From Acidobacteriota bacterium (GTDB lineage Bacteria > Acidobacteriota > UBA890 > WLXD01): a stretch of DNA of 64,000 nt. Numbering within the stretch: position 1 is the stretch's first letter; each line of letters opens with the position of its first letter. Shown here piece after piece: positions 21,164 to 30,698 of this stretch. Position numbers and translations under genes: made by a program. Location: assembly GCA_965205505.1 (NCBI GenBank), contig CBDBHB010000008.1, positions 640,001 through 704,000 of the forward strand, written 5' to 3'. The notes beneath the pieces are model-generated. The model was not told the origin of the DNA and ran no database searches. It worked only from the letters and a program-made list of their open reading frames with translations.

Positions 21164-23124
21164 TCAGTCTGTGGCCTCGTCGGTCGCCGACGCGCTACCC
21201 CGCAAGTAGGTCTCCAGGAATTCAAGGATCTTCCGGTAGCCCTCCTCCTGGTTCTCCTTCTTCACGAAACCGTGGCCCTCGTCGTCGAACACCACGTATT
21301 CCACCGGCGCGTCGTTCTCGCGCACGGCCTCGACGATGTCGTCGGACTCCGCCTTGACCACTCGTGGGTCGTTGGCCCCCTGAAGCACCATGAGCGGACG
21401 CACGATCTGCTCGGCATGAAACAGCGGCGACTTAGCGCGAAACATGTCGAGGTCGTCGAACGGTCCCATCTCGTTCTCGAGCATGGCGCGCTGGGCCTCC
21501 CACCAGGGCGGAATGCTCTCGAGCGTGCGCACCCAGTTGGAGATGCCGAACAGGTCCACGCCGACGGCGAACTCCTCGGGTCGGAAGGTGAGCGCGGCGA
21601 GGGTCATGTAGCCTCCGTAGCTACCACCGAGGATGCCAATCTTGTCGGCATCGACCCAGGTCGTGTCGATCAGCATTCGCTTGCTGGCGACGCAATCGTC
21701 GAGGTCGTCGTGGCCGTGCCGCTGGTCGTCGAGATGAAAGAAGGTCTTGCCGTATCCTGAGCTGCCGCGGTTGTTGATCGCATACACCGCGTAACCGTGG
21801 TTGACCAGGTACTGGATCAGGCCGGAGTAACCGATGCGCGACTGGCCGCCGGGGCCGCCGTGCACCCACAGCGGGGCAGGGACCTTGTTGTCGGGGCCCG
21901 CCTGATGCGGCTTGTAGAGAATGCCGGGAACCTCCAGACCGTCCCATGATTCGAAGCGCTTGACGATCCCGTCGACCAGGTGGTCAGGGTCGATGTTCGG
22001 GTTGAGCGAGCGCGTCAGTTGGACCGGCGCAGCGCCGCCAAGGCGATAGTAGAAGAGGTCGCGCGGTGCGCGGCTGGATGACGAGTAGAACGCCATGTGC
22101 TGCTCATCGCGAGAGATCGAGACCGAGCTGATCTCGGCATCGCCGAGGTCTGGCAACGCGACGAGCTGCATCGTCGCGGCCTCGTACAGTCGCAACTCGG
22201 TGCGCGCGTCGTTGTTGATCCCCACCACGAGGTAGGTACCGCCACGCGAGTACGACGCGAACGAGATGTCCCAGTCGGCGCGCAACACGTCTTCCCGGGC
22301 GCCGGTCTCGAGATCATAGCGAACCAGATATGAAAACTCGGCCCCATCGTCGGTGAGCACCAGCAGGCCGCGATCATCCGGGGTGAAATCGGCAGGCGAG
22401 TTGGAGATGTCGCCCTCGTGCGCCGTCACGTTGCGCACCTCGCCCGAGTCACGGTCGTAGACGAACGCGTCGGAGTCGGCGTTGGTGTTCATTTGCAGCA
22501 GCGCAATCGTACGACCGTCGTTCGAGCTCCCGGCCGGGAAGAACCCCTCGTTCTCGAAGATCAGCTCACGATCGTAGGTGTCGACGTCGTACTCGTACAC
22601 GTCGAAGAATCGCCTGTCGCGTTCGTTTGTCGACACGTAGAACGACTCGTTGTCAGCGGCCCAGCCGGCGAAGTTGCCGATGTGCTCCTCTCCCGGGGTC
22701 AGGTCGGTCACCGCACCATCGGGATCGAGCACGTATAAGTGTCGTAGCTCGTTACCGCCTTGGTCGGCCCCGTACAAGATGCGTTCGTCGTCAGGGAAAT
22801 AGCCAACGGCGAAGATCGAGTCCGTGTTCGAGTTGGTGAGCTGGTCGGCACCGGAGCCGTCTACCGCCAGCGTGAAGGCGTTGAAGATGCCGGTCTCGTC
22901 GCTGCTGACCAGGAGGCTCGAGTTATCGGGCGAAAAAGCGGCGCCTCGATAGCTCGTGGTGTCCAGAAACTCGCCGATGTCGTAGGTCGCGACCGCCACA
23001 GGAGGGGCGGGCGCGCCGCCCGTGCAAGCAGAGGCAAGCACCGCAATCGCCAGCGAGGCAGCGAGCGGCAGGTGGCTCGCCGCGCTATTGCCGGCATCCG
23101 GCAGCCAACGAGGTGGGTGTTCAT
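21164..23124 (-). CDS. S9 prolyl oligopeptidase/acylaminoacyl peptidase, lipoprotein (probable frameshift in the signal region)
   Basis: HGGPGG, GGSYGG, GANDPRV and DEGHGF. ATG 23124 with an AAGGAG RBS is out of frame with [16 protein letters not shown]. Confidence 0.85.
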
Positions 23125-23288
23125 GGTTGTCTCCTTCGGGGACTCAGATCTGAGCACAATCGCGTCAGGGGCCGTCTTGGCGTTACCATGCAGGCGCATC
23201 GGGTGCTCCCTCTGAGGCCGTTGAGGTCTTTTGACAACCCCATTCAGCCTTAGAGGAGCCCCGATGTGAACAACCTCCTCAGAAAGCG

Positions 23289-24542
23289 CTAGTGTGTCAG
23301 GATTGTTCGGCTCAAGGCCGGTAGCGAAGTCGCGCCGACCAGTTGCATCGAGCGCCGCAGCTCGCCGTGGAGCATCTGCAGCACCCTATCGACGCCGGCT
23401 TCTCCGAAGGCACCCAAGCCCCAGAGATAGGGGCGGCCGATGCCGACCGCCGTGGCACCCAGGGCAAGAGCCTTGAGCATATCGGTGCCGCGTCGGAAGC
23501 CGCCGTCGACGATGATCGGCGCACGGCCGGCCACCGCATCGACCACCTCCGGCAGGCTCTCGATCGTGGCGCGGCCCGAGGGCTCGTTGCGGCCACCGTG
23601 GTTCGACACCACGATTCCGTCGACGCCGTGCTCGATGCACAGCTCGGCGTCCTCACGCGTCACGATCCCCTTGACGACCAGCCGCATACCGATGGTGTCC
23701 TTGATGCGATCGACGAAATCCCAGGTAGCGCTTGGATTTCCCACCCCGGTGACATCCGTCAGATCGAGCCCGTCGAACATGGGCTTGCGGCGCACTGCGC
23801 CAGCGAAACCCTCGGCTCGAGGCAAGTGGCAGACGCTGCAGTCGCGCGGATCTTCCTGCGAACCTCTGGCGGACGTCTCGCGGTTGCCACCTACCGGGTG
23901 GTCGACGGTCAACACGACCACCGGACAGCCGGCGGCCTCGACGCGGCGCAAGATCGCCTCGGTCACCGCCCATTCGTTGGTCGGGTAGAGCTGATACCAG
24001 ACCGGCTCGCCGCGCGCCTCGTTGACCTCTTCGACCGCCGACGTCGTAACGGTAGAGAGCATCTGCAGATGTCCTCGCGCTCGCGCCGCACGAGCGACGG
24101 CTACCTCGCCTTCGGGATGGAAGGCTTTCTGGCTGCCGCATGGCTGGATGACGATCGGTGTTTCCCACCGCCGCCCGAAGATTTCCGTCGACATGTCGAT
24201 CTCGCTCACGTCGACCAGGCGCCGAGCGCGCAGCTGAATACTCGCCAGGGCCTCGCGGTTGGCGCGCAGCGTCACCTCGCCGTCGACGCCGGTGGCCATG
24301 TAGGCAAAGTGCGACGGCGGCACGTTCTTACGCGCCGTAGCCTCGAGGTCGAAGACGTTGACTGCCTGCTCGGGCGAATAAACTACGCGTCCCTGCTCGC
24401 TGACGAACTGGGCGATCTCGGCGGCGATCTCGTCGTCGAGCCGACCCACCGCCGATTCGGCGACCGGCCACGTATACAGTCCGGCACCGGCGAGCAACGG
24501 GCTGCCCGCCAGGTATCGCAAGAAACCACGGCGTGTCGTCAC
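23289..24542 (-). CDS. FMN-dependent alpha-hydroxy acid oxidase/dehydrogenase with a Tat-like leader
   Basis: WYQLY, LTVD, VVKGI, VSNHGGR, DGGFRRGTD and KALALGA; N-terminus MTTRRGFL. Confidence 0.9.
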   Translation of the reverse strand: MTTRRGFLRYLAGSPLLAGAGLYTWPVAESAVGRLDDEIAAEIAQFVSEQGRVVYSPEQAVNVFDLEATARKNVPPSHFAYMATGVDGEVTLRANREALASIQLRARRLVDVSEIDMSTEIFGRRWETPIVIQPCGSQKAFHPEGEVAVARAARARGHLQMLSTVTTSAVEEVNEARGEPVWYQLYPTNEWAVTEAILRRVEAAGCPVVVLTVDHPVGGNRETSARGSQEDPRDCSVCHLPRAEGFAGAVRRKPMFDGLDLTDVTGVGNPSATWDFVDRIKDTIGMRLVVKGIVTREDAELCIEHGVDGIVVSNHGGRNEPSGRATIESLPEVVDAVAGRAPIIVDGGFRRGTDMLKALALGATAVGIGRPYLWGLGAFGEAGVDRVLQMLHGELRRSMQLVGATSLPALSRTILTH

Positions 24543-24652
24543 GTTCTCGGGGCCCTCTTCACCGGTCCTACCGAACCTTCGTATCCGACTGACCCTGGCA
24601 CCTCATCACACCGATCGCTCAACTTCAACGAGTCCGGAATCAGCCACCCGCG

Positions 24653-24690
24653 CCACAATATGCAACGAACCGCTGTTACAGGACATTTAG
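24653..24690 (-). repeat. Dispersed ~38-bp motif, copy 1 (CCTGTAAC-N3-GGTTCGTTGCRYATTG)
   Basis: Reverse complement CTAAATGTCCTGTAACAGCGGTTCGTTGCATATTGTGG matches the copies at 26044 and 53940. Confidence 0.75.
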
Positions 24691-24938
24691 GAACCGGACC
24701 GCCTACGAACAGAACCGCCGAAAAGATGCCATCGCGCCGGCGGTTGCCAACGCGTTCCCTCAGCGGGACGTCTCGCGCAGCAACGCCGGAATCACCCAAA
24801 CGCTTATCTGCCAGACAACCAACCAACGGTGCCGCGGGTCTCGCCGGCTCTTTTTGTTTTGACGCTAGCCGTTCCGACAGCTACGCTCGCGACGTCGGAC
24901 CAGCTACCGGTCCCTCCCCTCGCCCGGAGCTGCGGCGC

Positions 24939-25916
24939 GTGACCCTGACTGTCGACGGCTTTCGGCACTCGCATGAGTGCGAGCCGCACCACCCTCGCAC
25001 CAAGGCGATCCTCCTCGACCATCCTGAGGTCCGCGAGCTGATCGGCCGCAATCCGTGGTCCTTCGCGATCATTCTCGGCATCATCGCAGTCCAGTTCAGC
25101 GTCGCCTGGACGCTGCGCGACAGCCCCTGGTGGCTGATCGGAATCGTAGCCTACTGCTTCGGCGCCTTCGTGAACCACACGAGCTACGTGATGGTGCACG
25201 ACGCAACCCACGGGCTGATCTTCCGGCCGCGCTGGGCGAACAACGTCGCGGCTATCCTCGCGGGCGCGGTAAACACCATGCCAACGGCGATGTCGTTCCG
25301 GTCATATCACCTCATACACCATTCGCATCAGGGCGTGCACAAAGTGGATGCAGACATACCAAGCTACTGGGAGGCGCGCCTGATCGGCAATTCGTTCTTC
25401 CGCAAGCTGATCTGGCTGCTGCTGTACCCGCTGATGCAGTCGCTTCGACCGCTCCGCATCAAGCAGCTGACCTTTCTGACGCGATGGACGCTCGCCGATT
25501 GGGCGATCGTCTTCTCCATCGATGCGCTGGTGATCTGGGCTTGGGGTCCGCGTGCGTTTCTGTACTTGCTGGCCTCCCTGTTCTTCGCCGTCGGTCTGCA
25601 CCCGCTAGGTGCCCGCTGGATCCAGGAGCACTACATGGTGGGATCCGACACCCAGGAGACCTTCAGCTACTACGGCAAGATGAACTGGTTGGCCTGTAAC
25701 GTCGGCTATCACACCGAGCACCACGACTTCACCTCGGTGCCGTGGAACCGGTTGCCGCAGATAACCACCATGGCCCCCGAGTACTACGGATCGCTCGTCA
25801 GCCACGACTCGTGGGCGCGCCTGATGTGGCGCTTCCTCACCGAGGCCGACCTGTCGCTCTGGGCCCGCACGGTCCGCGACGGGCGCCATGGCGACGCCGA
25901 GGACTGCGCCGGCTGA
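24939..25916 (+). CDS. Membrane fatty acid desaturase, sphingolipid delta-4 desaturase (DEGS/DES1)-like
   Basis: His boxes HDATH, HLIHH and HTEHH; DEGS-type EPH..R...IL..HPEV, GLHPLGARWIQEH, QETFSYYG and NVGYH..HHDF..VPW.RLP; GTG start after GGAG. Confidence 0.8.
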   Translation: MTLTVDGFRHSHECEPHHPRTKAILLDHPEVRELIGRNPWSFAIILGIIAVQFSVAWTLRDSPWWLIGIVAYCFGAFVNHTSYVMVHDATHGLIFRPRWANNVAAILAGAVNTMPTAMSFRSYHLIHHSHQGVHKVDADIPSYWEARLIGNSFFRKLIWLLLYPLMQSLRPLRIKQLTFLTRWTLADWAIVFSIDALVIWAWGPRAFLYLLASLFFAVGLHPLGARWIQEHYMVGSDTQETFSYYGKMNWLACNVGYHTEHHDFTSVPWNRLPQITTMAPEYYGSLVSHDSWARLMWRFLTEADLSLWARTVRDGRHGDAEDCAG

Positions 25917-25928
25917 ACCGCCATGGCG

Positions 25929-25973
25929 CTAGTGTCCTGAGTCGGGACACTAGCAGGCCGTGGTGGAAGTGTG
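25929..25973. repeat. CTAG-bounded palindrome plus adjoining repeat unit
   Basis: CTAGTGTCCTGAGTCGGGACACTAG (25929-25953), overlapping CTAGCAGGCCGTGGTGGAAGTGTG (25950-25973), which recurs at 40495. Confidence 0.7.
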
Positions 25974-26043
25974 GCGGGCCTGGATACGGCGAGCTCTCAG
26001 ACGCTTCGATTATGCAGGAGACTCCCGCTTGCCATAGAAGCAA

Positions 26044-26081
26044 CTAGTGGCCTGTAACAAAGGTTCGTTGCGTATTGCTGG
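26044..26081 (+). repeat. Dispersed ~38-bp motif, copy 2
   Basis: CTAGTGGCCTGTAACAAAGGTTCGTTGCGTATTGCTGG. Confidence 0.75.
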
Positions 26082-26108
26082 GTCGAGACTAGCTAGCAGG
26101 GCGAGGAT

Positions 26109-27716
26109 ATGTCATCTGCACGCCGTCGGCGCCGCTCGCAAGGGCACGGGCCGAAGAAAGAGAAGGCGACCTCCACGCCAGCTCCGGTGCCATCGCTCCG
26201 GGCGTTCGGCATACCGTTGTCGTTGACGCTCGGCCTCGTCGCGCTCTCGTTCATACCTCGCCTCTACGATCACCCGGTGCTCGCCCGGTCGCTCTGGGGC
26301 GCAGCAGCGGCGCTGCTTATCTGGCAGGCCGTGCTCATCGGGGGCCTCAGGCGCTCCGGCGTCGGGCGATCGGTGCACACGGTGTTGCGGCCGCAGCACT
26401 ATGCACAAGCGATGGTTCAAGCGGCGGTGTTCGCCTACTGGGGCTATTACTGGCGGTCCGTCTATGACTACGTGTGGCTCCTGGTGGCGCAGCTGGTGTT
26501 CGCCTACGCCTTCGACATGCTGTTGGCATGGTCGCGTCGCCACAGCTACGCGCTCGGCTTCGGCCCATTTCCGATCATATTCAGCACCAACCTTTTTCTT
26601 TGGTTCAGGGACGATTGGTTCTACCTGCAGTTCGTGATGATTGCCGTCGGGTTCCTCGGGAAGGAATTTGTTTGCTGGCGCCGTGACAACAGGCGCACGC
26701 ACATCTTCAACCCGTCGGCCTTCTCGCTCGGGCTGTTCTCGCTGGTGTTGATTGTGACCAACACCACCGACCTCACCTGGGGGCAGGACATCGCGACGAC
26801 GCTGACGCTGGCGCCGAGGATCTATTTGTTCCTGTTCCTCCTCGGGCTGGTGGTCATGTATTTGTTCTCGATCACCCTTGTCGCCGGATCCGCCGCCATC
26901 GCGCTCTTCGGGTTGAGCGCACTGTATTGGGGATGGACCGGAGTCCCCTATTTCGTCGATTCAGAGATACCGACGGCGGTTTTTCTCGGCCTGCATCTGC
27001 TGGTGACCGATCCGTCCACGTCGCCCAGAACACCCGTCGGCAAGACCCTGTTCGGCGTGTTGTACGGATTGGGCGTGTTCGGCCTCTATGCTCTGCTCGG
27101 GGCACTCGGCGCACCGACGTTTTACGACAAGCTGCTGTGCGTGCCGCTCTTGAACCTCGGCGTACAACGCATCGACCGTCTGGCCGGCGCTCTCGAGGGA
27201 ATCTCAGCCGCGAGCAGCTGGGGGCGGTGGACTCCGGCGCATGGCAACACGGCACACATTGCTGTCTGGATCGCCTTCTTCGGCGCCGTGACGGCCGCCG
27301 GGTCGACCGACGGCATGCACCCCGGCGACACCCTGCCCTTCTGGCAGCAAGCGTGCGCCGAGGGCCGCCGGAATGCCTGCGATCGGCTGCTGCAGATCGA
27401 GACCTCGTACTGCAACGACAACTCGGCATGGGCATGCAACGAGCTCGGGAGACACTACACGGCGGCAAATCTGGTAGCGCCCGATGCCCAGCGCGCCTGG
27501 GGTTTCTTCTCGCGAGCGTGCGAGCTGCGGTACCAACCCGCCTGCTTCAACCTGCTTGATCCCGGCGGTTCCTATCGGACCGAACCGCGCGACATCGATC
27601 TGCGGCTGCTGCTACGTGAGGGCGGAGCCAACCTGCTCGAGATGCCGGAAGAACAGCTGCTCGCTCGTGCCTGCGCGCACCGCTGGACCTTCGCGTGTGG
27701 CGAGGGCGCACGGTAA
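26109..27716 (+). CDS. RnfD/NqrB-like polytopic membrane protein with C-terminal Cys-rich Sel1-like repeats
   Basis: HIFNPSAF and LLVTDPSTSP (cf. RnfD FNPA and TDPxTSP); about 12 hydrophobic segments; tail QQACAEGRRNAC, WACNELG, FSRACEL..PAC and LARACAHRWTFAC. Confidence 0.6.
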   Translation: MSSARRRRRSQGHGPKKEKATSTPAPVPSLRAFGIPLSLTLGLVALSFIPRLYDHPVLARSLWGAAAALLIWQAVLIGGLRRSGVGRSVHTVLRPQHYAQAMVQAAVFAYWGYYWRSVYDYVWLLVAQLVFAYAFDMLLAWSRRHSYALGFGPFPIIFSTNLFLWFRDDWFYLQFVMIAVGFLGKEFVCWRRDNRRTHIFNPSAFSLGLFSLVLIVTNTTDLTWGQDIATTLTLAPRIYLFLFLLGLVVMYLFSITLVAGSAAIALFGLSALYWGWTGVPYFVDSEIPTAVFLGLHLLVTDPSTSPRTPVGKTLFGVLYGLGVFGLYALLGALGAPTFYDKLLCVPLLNLGVQRIDRLAGALEGISAASSWGRWTPAHGNTAHIAVWIAFFGAVTAAGSTDGMHPGDTLPFWQQACAEGRRNACDRLLQIETSYCNDNSAWACNELGRHYTAANLVAPDAQRAWGFFSRACELRYQPACFNLLDPGGSYRTEPRDIDLRLLLREGGANLLEMPEEQLLARACAHRWTFACGEGAR

Positions 27717-28654
27717 TGCGGTCGACCGCGGGCGGGTGGCGGGCGACGTTGCTGGCGACTGCCCTGATCGTGATCGGAGCGGTCGCCTGCGAACGCCCAC
27801 CGTCCGAGGTCGAGGACGGGCCGCCATCCACATCCAATCCCTCACAGCTCCCCGGGTTCCGCGCCGACGCCTGGTTTCTGCCCGACGATGAGCTTCTCGG
27901 GTTTGTGGAAATCCCGGCGGGGCAGTTCGTCATGGGCAGCGACGCGGCGATCGATGCGCTGGCCTTTGCTAACGAGCGCTGGGGCGACGGAAGCGCCCAG
28001 GGGACGGTGGATCTTCCGGCCTTCTATATTGGCCGCTACGAAGTCACCGTGGCGCAGTTCGGCGCCTTCGTACAAGCAACGGGGTTCACGGTCGAGGCCC
28101 GTGCCTTGCAGGCTCCTCCCGATCATCCTGTGACCTGGATCTCATGGCCGGACGCGGTCGCCTACGGTCGCTGGCTCGAGAGCGCTCTCGGACAGTGGGC
28201 TCAAACACCGCGGCGACTCAGCCGTGCGCTCGACGCCGGCTGGCGCATCGAGCTACCGACCGAAGCGGAGTGGGAAAAGGCAGCGCGGGGACCGGATGGG
28301 CGGATCTATCCGTGGGGAAACAGGCCGGCGACGGAGCGGGCCAACTACGCCGGCATCGCGACGGCACCGGTGGGCAGCTTCCGCTGCCCGGAATGCGCCT
28401 TCGGTCTGTTCGACATGAGCGGCAACGTTTGGGAGCTGACGCGCAGCCCGTACCAGCCATACCCGTACGACCCGACCGATGACCGAGAAGATCTCGAAGC
28501 GGACGCGCTGTGGGTCATGCGTGGCGGGCATTTCGGCGATCCCGAGCAGAATATTCGTGCCGCCGTCCGCGGTGGCGTCGACCCCGGTGCGCGCCGACCG
28601 TTTATCGGGTTCCGTGTGGTGATCGTTTCCACGGTTTCCACTCAATTCCCATGA
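27716..28654 (+). CDS. FGE-sulfatase (SUMF1/EgtB/PvdO) domain lipoprotein
   Basis: Lipobox GAVAC; IPAGQFVMGS, RYEVTVAQF, HPV..ISW.DA, LPTEAEWEKAARG, GLFDMSGNVWE, RGG and IGFRVV; TAATG overlap with the upstream gene. Confidence 0.85.
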   Translation: MRSTAGGWRATLLATALIVIGAVACERPPSEVEDGPPSTSNPSQLPGFRADAWFLPDDELLGFVEIPAGQFVMGSDAAIDALAFANERWGDGSAQGTVDLPAFYIGRYEVTVAQFGAFVQATGFTVEARALQAPPDHPVTWISWPDAVAYGRWLESALGQWAQTPRRLSRALDAGWRIELPTEAEWEKAARGPDGRIYPWGNRPATERANYAGIATAPVGSFRCPECAFGLFDMSGNVWELTRSPYQPYPYDPTDDREDLEADALWVMRGGHFGDPEQNIRAAVRGGVDPGARRPFIGFRVVIVSTVSTQFP

Positions 28655-30614
28655 CGTGCTTCTGCATCCACATGATCTCTTCGATATCACGCCGGCGCTG
28701 ATGCCTCGGTTCACGGAAACCATGTGGCTCGCGCGGGAAGCTCACGTAGCGGACTGGTGCCTTGCCAATGTCCTTGAGCGCGGTGAAAAACAGCATGCTC
28801 TGCTGGGGAGTACTCACCAGATCGCGCTCCCCGTGCAGTAGCAGCGTAGCGGTGGTCACGTCCTTCACGTACCAGAGGGACGACGCGCGGCGCCACTCCT
28901 CTGGGTTGGTCCAGTGGGCTCCGCCGATGTAGTGAAGCCGCAGATCGTAGCTGAGCCCGGGACCCGTTTCCGCCGTCCAACTTCCGACCATGGCACCCAG
29001 GGACGCTGCCTTGAAGCGGTCGGTTTGGGTGATAACCCAGCTGCCGAGGATCCCTCCCCAACTCCAACCGCGCAGTCCCAACCGATCGGGGTCGACCTGG
29101 CGCTCGGCGATCAGGTGGTCGACGCCGGTCATCACGTCGTCGTACTCGCCGCCTCCGACATCGCCCATGAGCGCGGTCAAGAGATCGTCGCCGTAGCTGT
29201 CGCTACCGCGAATGTTCGGTCCAAACGAGGCGTACCCCAGGCCAGCGAAAACGTGGAAGTCCGGCCAGAACTCGTTGGCAAAATGGCCGGGTGGGCCACC
29301 ATGGATGTCGAGTATCAGCGGGATCCTGGACCCCTCCTGGGAGATTTCGGGTCGGTAGAAGACTCCTTCGATCTCCATCCCGTCCTTGCTCGCCCAGCGC
29401 ACGATCTCGGCATCCGCCAGCACGATCTCCTTTTCGATCCATGGATTGGCGCGGGTCAGTCGGACAGGATCGAGCTCCTCGACCGCAGAGGCGTATAGAT
29501 CGTTGGGTGTCTTGAAGTCGTTGAACGAGTAAACCATCCTCGTTCGATCTTCAGAGAAGTCGAGGGCACGGAGCGTACCCGTGACGCTCGTGATGTCGGT
29601 TACCCCTCCAGTCTGCACATCGACGCGGTAGAGATTGCTGTTCGTGCGACGCGTCTCGGTGAAGAGCAGGCTCTCGCCGTTCGGCGTCCAGGTGAGGCCA
29701 GAGATCTGGCCCTGCTGCTGACCTTCCAGCTTCTTCTTGTCACCGGTATCGACGTCCACGACCCAGATAAAACCGTGGGTCAGGTCGTATTCGGCGTCGG
29801 TGGGAGCGTGGTACGCGAGCGTTCTTCCGTCCGGTGCCCACACGGCGCGCTGCTCGGGAGCGTTGTTGTGCGTCAACCGTGTGACCTGCCGGCTTCGCGT
29901 GTCAACGAGGTAAAGCTCGGACAAATGGTGGTAGTTGTCGAGGTCTTGCCGCATTGCGGCGAATACGACGCGCCTGCCGTCTGGCGACACGTCGAACTCG
30001 CTGACGATGAGCTCCTCCTCGGTCAGACGTGTCTCCTCCCTCGACGAAAGGCTGAACGCCCACAGGTTGCGCCAAGCGGCTTGCTGTCTGCCGTTCGCGC
30101 CCTCGCGCACATAGAACGCGTCCGCCCCCAGATCGTATTCCTCCTGTTCCTCGTCGCTCCTCGCCTCGTCGGCGCTGAACATTATTCGGCTGGCGTCGGA
30201 GCTCCACTGATACGAGACGATGCCGTTGTCGTGATTCGTGAGTTGCTGAGCCTCACCACCGGTAACGCTTATCAGGAAGATCTGCTGATTTCCCTCGACG
30301 GGCCGCAGAAAGGACAGATGCCCTCCGTCGGGGGAGAATCGGAACGCACTGCCGCCCGCCTCGCCGATGAACTCCCTCGCCGCCCCGCCGTCGGCGGCCG
30401 TCAGGTAGTGCCTTTGCCTTCTCTTGTTCTGGTCCCAATCAAGCTCGGATTTCGAGAAGAAGATCCATTCACCGCCAGGAGACATTCGAACGTTCTGCAG
30501 GCGCACCATGTTCAAGGCGTCGTCGACGGTCATGGGGCGACGCATGACGTCCTGCGCGACGGCGCTCGTACCGATGAGCAGGCTAGCAACTAGCACGAAA
30601 ACGATTGTTCTCAA
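28602..30614 (-). CDS. S9-family peptidase, secreted
   Basis: IHGGP, GWSWGG, HGERD and REPHGF; beta-propeller N-terminus; TTG start after AGGAG. Confidence 0.85.
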   Translation of the reverse strand: MRTIVFVLVASLLIGTSAVAQDVMRRPMTVDDALNMVRLQNVRMSPGGEWIFFSKSELDWDQNKRRQRHYLTAADGGAAREFIGEAGGSAFRFSPDGGHLSFLRPVEGNQQIFLISVTGGEAQQLTNHDNGIVSYQWSSDASRIMFSADEARSDEEQEEYDLGADAFYVREGANGRQQAAWRNLWAFSLSSREETRLTEEELIVSEFDVSPDGRRVVFAAMRQDLDNYHHLSELYLVDTRSRQVTRLTHNNAPEQRAVWAPDGRTLAYHAPTDAEYDLTHGFIWVVDVDTGDKKKLEGQQQGQISGLTWTPNGESLLFTETRRTNSNLYRVDVQTGGVTDITSVTGTLRALDFSEDRTRMVYSFNDFKTPNDLYASAVEELDPVRLTRANPWIEKEIVLADAEIVRWASKDGMEIEGVFYRPEISQEGSRIPLILDIHGGPPGHFANEFWPDFHVFAGLGYASFGPNIRGSDSYGDDLLTALMGDVGGGEYDDVMTGVDHLIAERQVDPDRLGLRGWSWGGILGSWVITQTDRFKAASLGAMVGSWTAETGPGLSYDLRLHYIGGAHWTNPEEWRRASSLWYVKDVTTATLLLHGERDLVSTPQQSMLFFTALKDIGKAPVRYVSFPREPHGFREPRHQRRRDIEEIMWMQKHVMGIEWKPWKRSPHGTR

Positions 30615-30698
30615 CGGTCTATCTCCTGGAGTCGTGGGTGGAGAGCGGTTCGCCGGCAACGAGGCCACCGTTTCTCCGCAGAACTCAGGCCCGATCAG

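Noticed and set aside
24826-24862. Terminator or riboswitch at GCCGCGGGTCTCGCCGGC-TCTTTTTGTTTT upstream of the desaturase
   Set aside because: The stem is weak and there is no recognisable aptamer; needs an Rfam/Infernal scan.
23343-24938. N-terminal ~530 aa of the 857-aa ORF 23343..25916 as a desaturase fusion
   Set aside because: It is the antisense shadow of the FMN oxidase plus intergenic DNA. Desaturase similarity starts at GTG 24939, which has an RBS.
27716-28654. FGE/CLec-fold gene as a diversity-generating retroelement target
   Set aside because: No reverse transcriptase and no template-repeat copy of its 3' end were seen in the window.
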